Source: Naegleria gruberi (lineage: Eukaryota). Taken from it: a stretch of 64,000 nucleotides of DNA. How positions within the stretch are numbered: the first letter of the stretch is position 1; each line of letters starts with the position of its first letter. Below, one piece after another: positions 41,959 through 52,707 of this stretch. The stretch lies in the NCBI GenBank assembly GCA_000004985.1, contig GG738890.1; one strand, 5' to 3'. The translations under genes were made by a program, and so were the position numbers. Under the pieces are notes generated by a model that saw only the letters and a program-made list of their open reading frames with translations, had not been told where the DNA came from and ran no database searches.

Positions 41959-42204
41959 ACAATATAACCTAGTATTAATATATAATTTTATGATGTATTT
42001 TAAAATTTGAATGTTTAACATTAAATAATATCTTTTCATTTAATACATTCTGTAACGAATCTTATGCCTTAAACGAACGGCTTAAGGAGGAGTAAACTAA
42101 ATGTTAAAAGCTGTAAGTGATTTGGCGCCTTCAAAAACCGTTAAATAATTGTTAACTTTGCATTTAAAACATAAAAAAAATACCCAAACGACCTTCTCCA
42201 AATC

Positions 42205-43530
42205 ATGATGTACCAAAGATCCCACTCTTTGGTGCTTGATGAAAATACCAATCCTATCACCATTGCCGACAAGGACCCTATCAAACCAATTTCCATCCAT
42301 CCAACTAAAGCCCCTATTAAAAAATCCATTAAAGATGACAATTCATCAGTTAGGACTGCTCTTTCTACCATCATGGCTCGTGTTAAGAATTTGAGAAAAC
42401 GACCTGGTGATGAGAAGAGAGTTGAACTCAAGAGACAAACTAGTGACTATATTACCACTTCCACTCATTATAATACTGTAAATAATCAAGAGAATAGAGA
42501 TCCACAACAACAAGAACAATCACTCAATACATCCACCACCTCCTCAACAGCAATAATTGAACAGGAACAACAACCACCATCCATTTCCAAATCATTGTCC
42601 ACATCATCCCTTCCAACAAGTACTTTATCTACTACTAGTAGTGTGAGTGAGGAATCCAAACCTACCACACCTCAAAAGAAGACTACAGACGAATTGACTT
42701 CTCCTGGTATTGATAAAGCAGATTCTGAAGATCCTCAGTCTTGTATCGAATATGTTAAAGATATTCATTCACATTATAAGAAGATTGAAAACAAATATAG
42801 AGCAGATCCAGCTTACTTGTCGAGACAACCTTTCATGAGACACAAGCATAGATTCACCATTGTGAATTGGATGATTGAAGTTCATCAAAAGTTTAGACTC
42901 AGTACTCCAACAATGTATTTGGCTGTAGATCTTTTAGATCGTTTCCTTTCGAAGAATGACATTAATTTGAATCATCTTCAATTATTGGGAGCTACCTGTA
43001 TATTTGTTGCTTCAAAGTATGAAGATCTTCAATATCCACTTTCTTCAGAATTGGTTAAGATTTCAATGAATTTATTTACTAAGGAAGATGTTCTGAAAAT
43101 GGAAAGACTCTTGCTGAGAGATTTGGATTTCAATATCACAGTTGCTACAGTATATCCATTCCTTAAGAGATATCTCAAATGTGCTAGATGTGACTTTAAT
43201 CAATTAGCTCTTGCCTATTACTTATCAGAATTGTCATTGTTAGAAGAGGCCTCTCTTTACTATCCTCCATCTCAAATTGCTAGTGCATGCATTTACGTTG
43301 CAGGAAGACTTTGTAATAAGAAGGATAGTTGGGATAGTGTTTTACAATACTATACTGGTTATTCTGAACAAGATATTGAGGCATGTGCTAGTGTAATTGT
43401 TAAAATTGCCAAAAAGTACAATACTAATGAGATTAAGACTTGTACAAGATCAAAATACTCTCAAGAAGAAAAGGCCAAGGTTGCTTGGATAGTAATGTCA
43501 TACTTTAACAATAGATCCAAAAAGGATTAG
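42205..43530 (+). CDS. B-type (mitotic) cyclin
   Basis: cyclin box MRHKHRFTIVNWMIEVHQKFRLSTPTMYLAVDLLDRFLS...LQLLGATCIFVASKYEDL; N-terminal destruction-box-like RTALSTIMA; second cyclin fold present. Confidence 0.8.
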   Translation: MMYQRSHSLVLDENTNPITIADKDPIKPISIHPTKAPIKKSIKDDNSSVRTALSTIMARVKNLRKRPGDEKRVELKRQTSDYITTSTHYNTVNNQENRDPQQQEQSLNTSTTSSTAIIEQEQQPPSISKSLSTSSLPTSTLSTTSSVSEESKPTTPQKKTTDELTSPGIDKADSEDPQSCIEYVKDIHSHYKKIENKYRADPAYLSRQPFMRHKHRFTIVNWMIEVHQKFRLSTPTMYLAVDLLDRFLSKNDINLNHLQLLGATCIFVASKYEDLQYPLSSELVKISMNLFTKEDVLKMERLLLRDLDFNITVATVYPFLKRYLKCARCDFNQLALAYYLSELSLLEEASLYYPPSQIASACIYVAGRLCNKKDSWDSVLQYYTGYSEQDIEACASVIVKIAKKYNTNEIKTCTRSKYSQEEKAKVAWIVMSYFNNRSKKD

Positions 43531-43730
43531 TCAAACATTCTAACTAGATCGTCACTAAAGGAATACTTTGTGACATAAATCGTAAATAAACAAATTACCT
43601 TGATAAACTTTGCATTGATTGAAATTAGTATTTTCTGAATTTAATGTTCTTAATATCTTCATCAACATGAAAGCTTTTCAACACTGTTCAACCAGGATGA
43701 GAGTAATGTTTCATGATAAAACAGAGAAGT

Positions 43731-44452
43731 TTAATCAACTATAATTCTATCTGTGTCCATAGGAATTTCAAACTCTTCAAGACAACTTGGATTGACGAAT
43801 TGCCTTGCCTTCATAAAATCATCAAACATTAATTCTCTTGGCATAATATTAGCCATAGATGTTTTGGATTTGATTTCTCTGTCAATTAATTCCTTAATAG
43901 GGAAGGATAAAGCTTTCTTACACAATTCTGTCAAGTCACTTCCACTGAAGAATTGAGTAGCATCAGCAAGCTTTTCAAAGCTGACAGTTGGAGAAACTCT
44001 TTCATTCTTGAGGAGCAATTTCAAGATTTGAATTCTGCTATTACGATCAGGGGCATCTATCTTGAATTGTAAAGGCATTCTTCTCAAAGCAGCTGTATCC
44101 AATTGAGATCTCAAATTGGTTGCGCCAATTACCATAACTTGATCACCATCAGATGTAGTTTCAAAACCATCCCATGCTGAAAGAATAATACTAATTCTTG
44201 CCTTTGATACTTCATGCATTTGATAACTGGCTTGTCTTGAAGGTAATAAACTTTCAATTTCATCAATGAAAATAATACATGGCTTGACTTTGGTGGCAAA
44301 ACTGAAGAGAGCTCCAACTAATTTCTCAGTTTCTCCATAAAGGAAATCAGATAAGAATTCTCTTTTAACATTTAAGAAGGCACAATTACATTCCTTTGCA
44401 ATAGCTTTAGCCAAACTTGTTTTACCAGTTCCAGGAGGGCCATAAAACAGAA
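43731..44452 (-). CDS. ATAD1-like: ATAD1/Msp1-like membrane-anchored AAA ATPase, exon 2
   Basis: Walker A (V)LFYGPPGTGKTSLAKAIA, Walker B CIIFIDEIESLL, second region of homology; 51-nt GTAAGT..TACAG intron. Confidence 0.8.
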
Positions 44453-44503
44453 CTGTATAAATTTTGAATTATTAAATAATCAATTGTTAATAAGGATACT
44501 TAC

Positions 44504-45161
44504 CTCCTTTTGGAAGCATTCTGAGTTTAATACTTGTTGAATCAGAGCTATTTCCTTCATAAATGTGTGGATATTTAAGTGGGAAACAAACAGATTCATA
44601 AATCTCCTTCTTTAATTTATCCATTCCTCCAATATCATCAAAATTATTATCCAAATCTTCAGGTAAAACTAAAAAGTCAGCTACAATTTTTTCATACTTA
44701 TTCAAATATCTTTCATATAAAGAAATGTAATAGCTGTCATCATCCTTTCTCGGATTTTCTAAATGTAAACACTTATGAATTAATTCTCCAATTTTTCTCT
44801 TTTTTCTCGGCAGTAAATTTGTACCTGTTTGTTTGTTGTTAGTATTCAGCAAATTTGATAAGAGTGGCATGAACAAATACTTTATCGATAAGAAGGTTAA
44901 TAGTAAAGTCAATCCAGTTTCAGAAAGAGAAAATATCAGCCTCGACAAACCAGAAGAGCCTCCACCACCAGATGAAGAGCTTCCTGTTGCCAATATTAAT
45001 TCCGTATTTCCATTATTATTAAATAAAACTCCAGCTGGTGAACCGCTACTACCAGTCGAATTATTATTTAAAGATGTATCACTTGATGATGACGATGAAG
45101 GTGTTGTTGTCGTTGAAGTCTGCTCACTCAGAGAGGACCATAAATCCCGTAAATAATTCAT
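44504..45161 (-). CDS. ATAD1-like: ATAD1/Msp1-like AAA ATPase, exon 1
   Basis: S/T-rich N-terminus, TM helix GLTLLLTFLSIKYLFMPLL, then YE..IA..LVLPEDLDNNFDDIGGMDKLKKEIYESVCFPLKYP. Confidence 0.75.
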
Positions 45162-45436
45162 TATTATTATAATTATTAAAATTAAACGCTATTAGCAAAG
45201 AAGGGGAGCCAAAACAATCAGCAAAATGTGAACGACGAAATATATGAGACCGGAAATTAGAGCTGTCTTTAATGCACAATTCTTGGTGCTTTAATTTTTT
45301 TGTAGTTGAAGTTTTTAAAAATCACGTTAATAATTTTCAATCAATTTTAATTATTATTAAATCGATATGAATTAAATTGAATTTTTATTTAAATTGATAG
45401 GGGGTCAATGAGAAATAAGAACATTGTCTAATAAAA

Positions 45437-46465
45437 ATGCCACCATTCAAATGTTCGATTAATACTGATGACAATGATGATGATCGAATGCTGAAGAAAT
45501 TACAGGCCCTGAATAAGCCAAATCCACCTCCGAAGACTAAATCATCTCATAAGAAAAGAATGGAAGATAAAAATCAATTAAAAATTTCTCCAATTGGAAT
45601 TCCATTTGAGGTAATTTTTGATCATGTGGTGAAATATTTGGATATTGGAACGGCTCATAAGAAATTGAGATTAGTTTCAAGGCAGTGGAATGATATTATT
45701 TTGGGAAATGATGAGGATTATTCAGTGGAGTTTGAGATTGATATTGATTTTTCTAGGCAGCAATTTTTGAGTAAGAAATTTTACTCAACTGCTGAACGTG
45801 GATTTTTCAAAAATGTTACAAAACTTACAATGAAAGCATTGCCTCAAGGGATGAAGAAGACAGAAAATCGTACATTAATTCCAGGTAAAACGATTGTTAC
45901 GAGAGGTTACAAGGAAAATGTTGGTGGAAGTGTTCTCAAATTCTTTCCAAATTTGAAAGTTTTGAATTTGAATGAAAATGAAATTCCAGAAGAAAAATTC
46001 AATTGGCTTTTAGACTTGAAATCCAATCAATTGGAAGAGCTTTATTTGGAGGGTAATGATTTTAAATTGAAAACTTGTGAACACATCAGTTCATGTGAAA
46101 ATCTACAGAGCTTGACAGTTTTAAATTTATCCCACAACCAACTCACTGATGCAGGATGTAAATTACTATCTCAGAGTGTTTGTCTTCAAAATCTCAAAAA
46201 CTTGAACATTTCCTCAACTGATTCCTCTCTTGACGGCTTGATGTATATTTCCAATGCAACATTTTCATGCAATTTAACAATTTTGAGAGCAAACAATAAT
46301 AATCTTTCAGATGCATTTCATCAAAGAATCACAAATGGAGAATTTAAATTCAAATCTCTTCAAACTTTCTCAATTAGAAATTGTGAAATATCACAAGAAA
46401 CTCAAACCCAAATTGCAAAGGACAAGAAATTGATTTCTACTACATTGGATCGAATCCTCCTGTAA
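45437..46465 (+). CDS. F-box/leucine-rich-repeat (RNI-like) protein
   Basis: F-box-like IPFEVIFDHVVKYLDIGTAHKKLRLVSRQWNDII followed by LRRs (LNLNENEI, LNLSHNQLTDAGCKLL). Confidence 0.6.
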   Translation: MPPFKCSINTDDNDDDRMLKKLQALNKPNPPPKTKSSHKKRMEDKNQLKISPIGIPFEVIFDHVVKYLDIGTAHKKLRLVSRQWNDIILGNDEDYSVEFEIDIDFSRQQFLSKKFYSTAERGFFKNVTKLTMKALPQGMKKTENRTLIPGKTIVTRGYKENVGGSVLKFFPNLKVLNLNENEIPEEKFNWLLDLKSNQLEELYLEGNDFKLKTCEHISSCENLQSLTVLNLSHNQLTDAGCKLLSQSVCLQNLKNLNISSTDSSLDGLMYISNATFSCNLTILRANNNNLSDAFHQRITNGEFKFKSLQTFSIRNCEISQETQTQIAKDKKLISTTLDRILL

Positions 46466-46702
46466 TAACATTAAATAATATTCAACATTTTCATCATCAT
46501 CGCCGTGATCTGAAGCTTCCTTTTCATTGTTGCTGATTTTTCGTTAATGTTATCCAAATCGGCCCATCCACCCTTCACTTGTCAACAATAATTTTCTCCT
46601 TTCAATTTGATCTCTCCAATAGAAAAACAGACAATTCATTGTTAATCATTCTATTGTGTGTGGGTGTGTAAACGAAGATCCTCATCTTTAAAAAAAAACG
46701 CC

Positions 46703-46923
46703 ATGTCATCCTCCAGATCATTGTTGTTGACTCAACTCGTCGCAACATGTTGTTTCTTGTTATTCTGTTATTCAACAACAATTACTTTCGCCAATGCCCA
46801 AGATTTAACTGGTTTAACAAAGTGTGCTAGTTATGGAAACCATTTTATTCAATGGACTATTTCTAATAGAGCTGATGGTACTCCATACTTACGTGCTCGT
46901 TATATTAAAAAAGGAGGTTACAA
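46703..46923 (+). CDS. secreted, probably GPI-anchored DOMON-like protein, exon 1
   Basis: signal peptide MSSSRSLLLTQLVATCCFLLFCYSTTITFANA; GTAAGT donor; 88-nt intron. Confidence 0.55.
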
Positions 46924-47011
46924 GTAAGTTTTATTTCAATGATTGGTACTGAGTCAGTTATTATGATTATTGTGTTTCGAATACTACTATTTTATAACTT
47001 TCGAATAATAG

Positions 47012-47188
47012 TGGTTGGGCTGCTTTCGGATTTAGATATGGTTACGCTTGGTCTCAACCTGTTGCTGATCCAGACAATCAACAACAACCAGACAAGATGG
47101 GTGAAGACACTAATCCATCTACTCTCTACATGGTTTACAGAAATCCACAAACCGATGCTCACAATTTTTATGAATTGATGGCTACTGC
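47012..47188 (+). CDS. secreted, probably GPI-anchored DOMON-like protein, exon 2
   Basis: NGWAAFGFRYGYAW...MVYRNPQTDAHNFYELMATA; strong T/C-ending codon preference (GCT, GGT, TCT, ACT, TAC); 148-nt intron follows. Confidence 0.55.
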
Positions 47189-47336
47189 GTAAGTTTTATT
47201 ATCATGTGATGATTTTCTCATCATTCTATTATTTCATCATTCTATTATATATTTTCACACATGATCACACCATGAATATATCCATACACATGATAATTTG
47301 TAAACATTATTCGAATAATATTATTCATGAGTTTAG

Positions 47337-47811
47337 AAGTGACACTCCATCAAATGTTGCTATTGCTGATTATGCTACTTCTAACGTTACAGTTCGTTCC
47401 TCCACCACCACTGGTCATATTCACTTGTATTTTGAACGTGATTTGGTTGTTAAGAAGGGTTCCAAGAATTACTTTAATTTCAATGCTACTAGAACTGATT
47501 GTAATCTCATGTTTGCTACTGCTGATAATGCTGCAATTACTAGTATTAATGATTTTGCCAATTCTCAACACAATTCTGCCAAGATTTTAAAGTATAATTT
47601 CATTTCTGAAACTGGAATTGATGCTGGCTCTGTTTCTCGTAGTTGTGCTGATTCTGTTTATGCAAGTGCTATGCCTGCTTATCGTACTCCAAAGGTTATT
47701 GTTGAACCAAGTTATGGAAATACCAAGAATGAGGCTCCACTTTCTCAATCTATTTTCCTCGTTGCTTATATTTTGGGAGCTATGGTTTTGGGCTTGTTTG
47801 CTTACTTTTAA
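47337..47811 (+). CDS. secreted, probably GPI-anchored DOMON-like protein, exon 3
   Basis: beta-rich domain then C-terminal SYGNTKNEAPLSQS + hydrophobic tail IFLVAYILGAMVLGLFAYF, typical of a GPI-attachment signal. Confidence 0.55.
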
Positions 47812-47898
47812 TACTCTCCTTGCTATAATGTAAATGATTTATTACATAGACAAATCATCAGTAGTATTTATATATTGAAAATAAAGTATTTTCACAAA

Positions 47899-49254
47899 TT
47901 AAAAGTTGAACTCTTCTAATGTTTGATATTGGAATTGTTCCAACTCTTCTCTTGTCTTTTTCTTTGGTTTGAGAGGTTTGGCAAAGTAAGGAAGTTTCAA
48001 TTCTAGATTTTTCACTAATTTCAAACTTTCTTTCAAGGTTTCTACTTTCGTTTCAGAGAGATTAGTTCTTTCAATATTTAAATATTGCAAATTTTTCATC
48101 AAACACAAATGTTCTATACTGAAATCATCAATTTTTGTGCCATCCAAATCTAAACCTTTCAGCTGTTTCATTTTAGATAGGTAGAGAGCTCCAATATTTC
48201 GAATAGGATTTTCTCCAAGATTAAGCTTTGTCAGATTCTTCATTTTGGAAATAAATTGTACACCTCGTTCATCTATTCTATTGCGGATTAGTTCTAATTG
48301 AGATAGATTCTCTAGTTTTGAAATAAATTGCACTCCATCATTTCCTATATTATTATAACTCAAAGAAAGATATTCGAGTGATTGTAGCAATGATAAATAT
48401 TCAACTCCTTCATCATCTATTTTGTTATATGCAAGACTTAGATATTTCAAATTTGAAAGTTTGACTAAATGACGTAAAGATTCACTTCCAAAATTATTTC
48501 CAAACAATTTCAATTTTGAAAGAGTGGTAATTTGTGAAATGTTTCCCAGACCAATCTCATCAATATTTGATGCTTCCAATTCAAGTGTAATAAGGGGGAG
48601 TTTAGAAATATATTCCATGCACTTTCCTCCAAGATCAACTCCATTCAAATTCAAATGATTGAGATTGGAAATTTCACTCAATTGTTCAATATCATCCATG
48701 GATAGAACATTTTTCGATAAATCCAACTTTTTCAGACCTTTCAATTTCTTTAAATGATATAATCCTCCACTGACCTTATTATATGGGAGGGTGAGCTCCT
48801 CTAATGAGTTCAAATTTGAGAAATATTGTAAACTCTTTGGCCCCAAATTACATGAGCAAGCATTCAACCTCTTTAAACATTTAAACTTTGAAAGATAAAT
48901 TGCATTTTCATCTCCAATATAACTGCCATCAATTATTAACTCTTTCAAATTCTCAAGATATGGAAAATTCTCCAAAATTGCAACTCCCACACTTCGACAA
49001 CTAAATTTAACCATTGAAGATAACATTCCACTATCACAACATTCCCTAAATGATTCCTCCTTCTCAAATTCCATACCAATAGAGAAGCTTCTGGTCATTG
49101 AGAAGGGTGTTCCTTGTATTAGACTCTGCCACTGCTTGCACACATGCTGAAAATAACACAACAATTCAGAGCCATCAATGAATGAAAATATTTGATCTCT
49201 AATGATCTCTGCTGGGAGAATTTGAGAAAAATCTGTGAGTTGTTTTTCTTGCAT
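47899..49254 (-). CDS. F-box/leucine-rich-repeat (RNI-like) protein
   Basis: N-terminal F-box LPAEIIRDQIFSFIDGSELLCYFQHVCKQWQSLI then ~14 LRRs (LKxLDLSxNxI...). Confidence 0.65.
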   Translation of the reverse strand: MQEKQLTDFSQILPAEIIRDQIFSFIDGSELLCYFQHVCKQWQSLIQGTPFSMTRSFSIGMEFEKEESFRECCDSGMLSSMVKFSCRSVGVAILENFPYLENLKELIIDGSYIGDENAIYLSKFKCLKRLNACSCNLGPKSLQYFSNLNSLEELTLPYNKVSGGLYHLKKLKGLKKLDLSKNVLSMDDIEQLSEISNLNHLNLNGVDLGGKCMEYISKLPLITLELEASNIDEIGLGNISQITTLSKLKLFGNNFGSESLRHLVKLSNLKYLSLAYNKIDDEGVEYLSLLQSLEYLSLSYNNIGNDGVQFISKLENLSQLELIRNRIDERGVQFISKMKNLTKLNLGENPIRNIGALYLSKMKQLKGLDLDGTKIDDFSIEHLCLMKNLQYLNIERTNLSETKVETLKESLKLVKNLELKLPYFAKPLKPKKKTREELEQFQYQTLEEFNF

Positions 49255-49414
49255 TTTTTTAAACGAGTTTACAAAATAAATGTCATATTTGACGTCATTG
49301 TTGATATTAATAGGAAGCTAGTTCATTAATTTAATGAATTGAATCTTTTAGTGAATAGGTAGTTCATTACCTGCATTACAAAGTTGAACTTGGATTAAAA
49401 CAAACTTTAAAAAA

Positions 49415-50227
49415 ATGTCTCAACAACCTCCTGTACTAATTTCCACTCCCCAACAGTTTCATGATATGGTCTTGAACCCTGAAACAATTCCGAAACAATT
49501 CCGAGTTGAAAATTTAATAGGAAGAATAGTGAAGGGAAGAAGGGATAAACCAGAGGAATTTTTACAATTGACTGATGATGCTACTGATAGAACTGCTTTC
49601 ATGTTTGGAGAGGATGGTGTAGAGAAATTGTTAGAAATTGCAGCAAAATTTGAACATACAGATGGGAAATTATCAAATGGAGCTGCTTTGGAAATGTTTC
49701 ACTTGATTGGATTTGAGGAATCGTATGTGAAGGAAAAAATCAGTCAGAATGTTAGATTTGAGTTGTTAATAATTAGTAAGAGCTCTTTTATGAATGACTC
49801 GGGATCATTTGTAGAGGTTGCTAGTTGGGATGGTATTTGCTCTTTGGTGGAACATGTATTTCCAAGAATTCACCCAATTTGTTGTAAATATTTGGATCAA
49901 CTCAAGACTACTACATTCGAAGAGATTAAGAAAATGGCAGATTTTGATTTTGGAGAAATTAGAAGATTCGGTTCAAGCCATCCTCTTTATTTTAATGAAG
50001 AAAAATTCTTTGAATATTGTAAAGAAAAGAAATTAACTAAGAATGAGGAACCATCTCTATTGGATATTAGAACTTTTTTCTATTATGCATGTGGAATGAG
50101 AGAATTATATTCAGGTGATGGATGGACTTACACTGAAAAAGGCGTAAAAGGTCTGAAGGAATATTTAGGACAAAATATTAAGAGATCACAACTTGTGGAT
50201 CATACCTGTATGCATCTTGATGTTTAG
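49415..50227 (+). CDS. hypothetical 270-aa protein
   Basis: single ORF with balanced composition; 160 bp from the divergent F-box/LRR gene start. Confidence 0.45.
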   Translation: MSQQPPVLISTPQQFHDMVLNPETIPKQFRVENLIGRIVKGRRDKPEEFLQLTDDATDRTAFMFGEDGVEKLLEIAAKFEHTDGKLSNGAALEMFHLIGFEESYVKEKISQNVRFELLIISKSSFMNDSGSFVEVASWDGICSLVEHVFPRIHPICCKYLDQLKTTTFEEIKKMADFDFGEIRRFGSSHPLYFNEEKFFEYCKEKKLTKNEEPSLLDIRTFFYYACGMRELYSGDGWTYTEKGVKGLKEYLGQNIKRSQLVDHTCMHLDV

Positions 50228-50329
50228 AATAACTGTGAATGATGTCTAAATATTATCAGGCATTGAATTTCAAAGAAGGAACAAGATCTTGGTTTGAAAT
50301 AAAGTTAGACGATTCCCTTTGGATTTTAC

Positions 50330-52303
50330 TTATTGCTTTGCAAATCGGCTTGGTAGCTTGTCTGGTATGGATAATAGGGATGGACATGAGAGAGCTTGTT
50401 TAATTTGTGTATCTTTCCTCAAGTGTTTAGGAGCATACAAGTATACAACTGATGAGTACCTTTCCATGCATTCCAATAGGAGATCCTTGTCAGATCTAAC
50501 TCTTTCTGAAGCATAATTGAAAATCTCGCCACCTGAATTTTCAATCACTGTCTTATCATCCCTCATCTTGTAGGTCAATAAACGAGGATCTATATTGCTC
50601 AAATCTGAAGGATATTTTTCTCTCAAGATGTCAATTGGTACCACTCCATACTTCAACAAATCTTGATTCGATTCAAAGGCCATACTCCAGAAAGTTTTAT
50701 CCTTACGAAGCTTACTACTCATGAGAACGTTTGTAAATGCTGAAATTTCAAGCAAATGCAACATAAACTCATCATCTTTCAAGTATTCTGCTGGAATGAA
50801 ATTTTTAACTGCATTGTAATTCATAGCATAGTCGATATCATCATTTTCCATATTTCTCAGTATTTCCAAGATTTGATTCATTGTCAATTGTAGTCCACTG
50901 ACATATGTCAAAGCTGTAGGATTTGCTAATATTTTGACATCATTCTTGAGAGAATCACCAATGAAAAGAGCACTTTTTTCATTGATTTCAATACATTCTA
51001 ACATGAATTCCCTATTATTTCTCAATTCAGGAGAAGCAATACTTAAGAAAATTACATTTCTATTTGAGATTTCCTCAAGGATTACATCTCTATCTTCCAA
51101 ATATTCATTAGTCTTGTAATTTCTATGGAAATGTTGATTGATAACTTCAACCATGAGTGTTAAATTGTTCAACAATTCTGGCTCTACTGATTCAACATCC
51201 AATGTTACCTGCAAGAACCTTAAAATGTCCTCCTTTGTCTTGATTTTGAATGCACTTTCTTTCAAATCAATAGTATAGACCCAGTGTTTAGCCACTTCTG
51301 GATCATTGACAAATTCTGTTTGAACACGATTTGGATCTACTGAATAAGGGTACTGTTTCATTAATCTGATTGTAAAATCCTTATCCTTTCTTAAGCTATG
51401 ATGCAAGAAAATGTGAGAACTATTGATATTGAACAAGTCAAAGTAAGCATCCTTATCCTTTCTAATCTCAGAAGGAAAAAACGCTGGAATATTTTGAAAA
51501 TAACAATCTGGATCAGTTTCAAACATTTTCTTGACTGCTCCCAATATTTCTGGATCTCTTCTCAATTCAATACTGAGATATGGATAGAAATTAGCATTGG
51601 CTTTCAAAAACTCGACCAGATCCTTCTTATCTCCTTCTTGCATAATTTTCACATACTTTGTCATATTTCCTATCATTTCCTCATCTGGATAAAGTTCATT
51701 ACCAAACAATGAAATTGGTTTGATTACATGAATTGGAATACTTTCAATCCAATCTTTGATATGCCCAATGCATTTCAATGATGGGAACATTGAAGTACCT
51801 GTAAATATGAAAAATAAGCCATTTCTCTTATCTAAAAGTGTCAATACTGAAGTGAAATGTCCTTTGTGTACCATAATCAAATTCTCTTGCCATTGATTTT
51901 CACCAAATTCACTATTCAATATCAAGGGAAAGGTTGAGTGTTCAGAGATTGGTGTTTCTGCAATAAATTCCCAATCATCAACTGGGGCAATAGAAATTAA
52001 ATTAGAGAAGTGATATCTGCCACTTGCACAATTAGTCAACCAAACCTTCAAGTGAAATTGCATATTGGTAAAACCAAATTGATTAATTAAATTGGTTAAT
52101 TGTTCATTGCTGAGTACAGGAGAATCATAATCATGGGCAAGTTCTTGGCAATATTTATGCCACTTGTCAATCAAGTCATTCTTCTCTTCTGTTTGATAAA
52201 TTGCATCAAAGGTTGAATTTATCAATCTGTTGTGTGCTCTGTCTTCTGTTGAAAGGAATGGGAAAATCCTAACCACAACCTCTGGGATGTTGAAGATATT
52301 CAT
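50330..52303 (-). CDS. hypothetical protein with DUF4116-like tandem repeats
   Basis: 657 aa; recurring ~35-aa units (...LRKDKDFTIRLMKQ..., ...SPELRNNREFMLECIE..., ...KLRKDKTFWSMAFESN..., ...RVRSDKDLLLECMER...). Confidence 0.45.
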   Translation of the reverse strand: MNIFNIPEVVVRIFPFLSTEDRAHNRLINSTFDAIYQTEEKNDLIDKWHKYCQELAHDYDSPVLSNEQLTNLINQFGFTNMQFHLKVWLTNCASGRYHFSNLISIAPVDDWEFIAETPISEHSTFPLILNSEFGENQWQENLIMVHKGHFTSVLTLLDKRNGLFFIFTGTSMFPSLKCIGHIKDWIESIPIHVIKPISLFGNELYPDEEMIGNMTKYVKIMQEGDKKDLVEFLKANANFYPYLSIELRRDPEILGAVKKMFETDPDCYFQNIPAFFPSEIRKDKDAYFDLFNINSSHIFLHHSLRKDKDFTIRLMKQYPYSVDPNRVQTEFVNDPEVAKHWVYTIDLKESAFKIKTKEDILRFLQVTLDVESVEPELLNNLTLMVEVINQHFHRNYKTNEYLEDRDVILEEISNRNVIFLSIASPELRNNREFMLECIEINEKSALFIGDSLKNDVKILANPTALTYVSGLQLTMNQILEILRNMENDDIDYAMNYNAVKNFIPAEYLKDDEFMLHLLEISAFTNVLMSSKLRKDKTFWSMAFESNQDLLKYGVVPIDILREKYPSDLSNIDPRLLTYKMRDDKTVIENSGGEIFNYASERVRSDKDLLLECMERYSSVVYLYAPKHLRKDTQIKQALSCPSLLSIPDKLPSRFAKQ

Positions 52304-52707
52304 TTTTTTTAATGCTTATCTCACAGGGAGTTATGTGTCCATTATTTAAAGGTTACACCAGTCTATTCAAGGTTTCATATCTGTTTATAATTTCTTCCAA
52401 ATTTACTGCCATGGATGGTAACATCTTATCAAATGCAAGTGTAAAAAAGCAGTCTTCAATCATAATAAATGTGAATAGAATAAAAATCTCAATTTCCAAA
52501 AATAAATTCATCTTCACAACCATCCAAACAGAATTGGATTGCCAAGTCAAACCCCCAAGGAATATTATTGATGATAAAGCAGATGAAGGAGCTAAATATT
52601 AACTATTCTTTATATTGGTGACAACTCAATAAATCTTTTTTCCCTTTTTCCATTACATTAATTTACTAAACTTTTAAAAATAAAAATCACAGTTTACTAA
52701 GGCTTTC

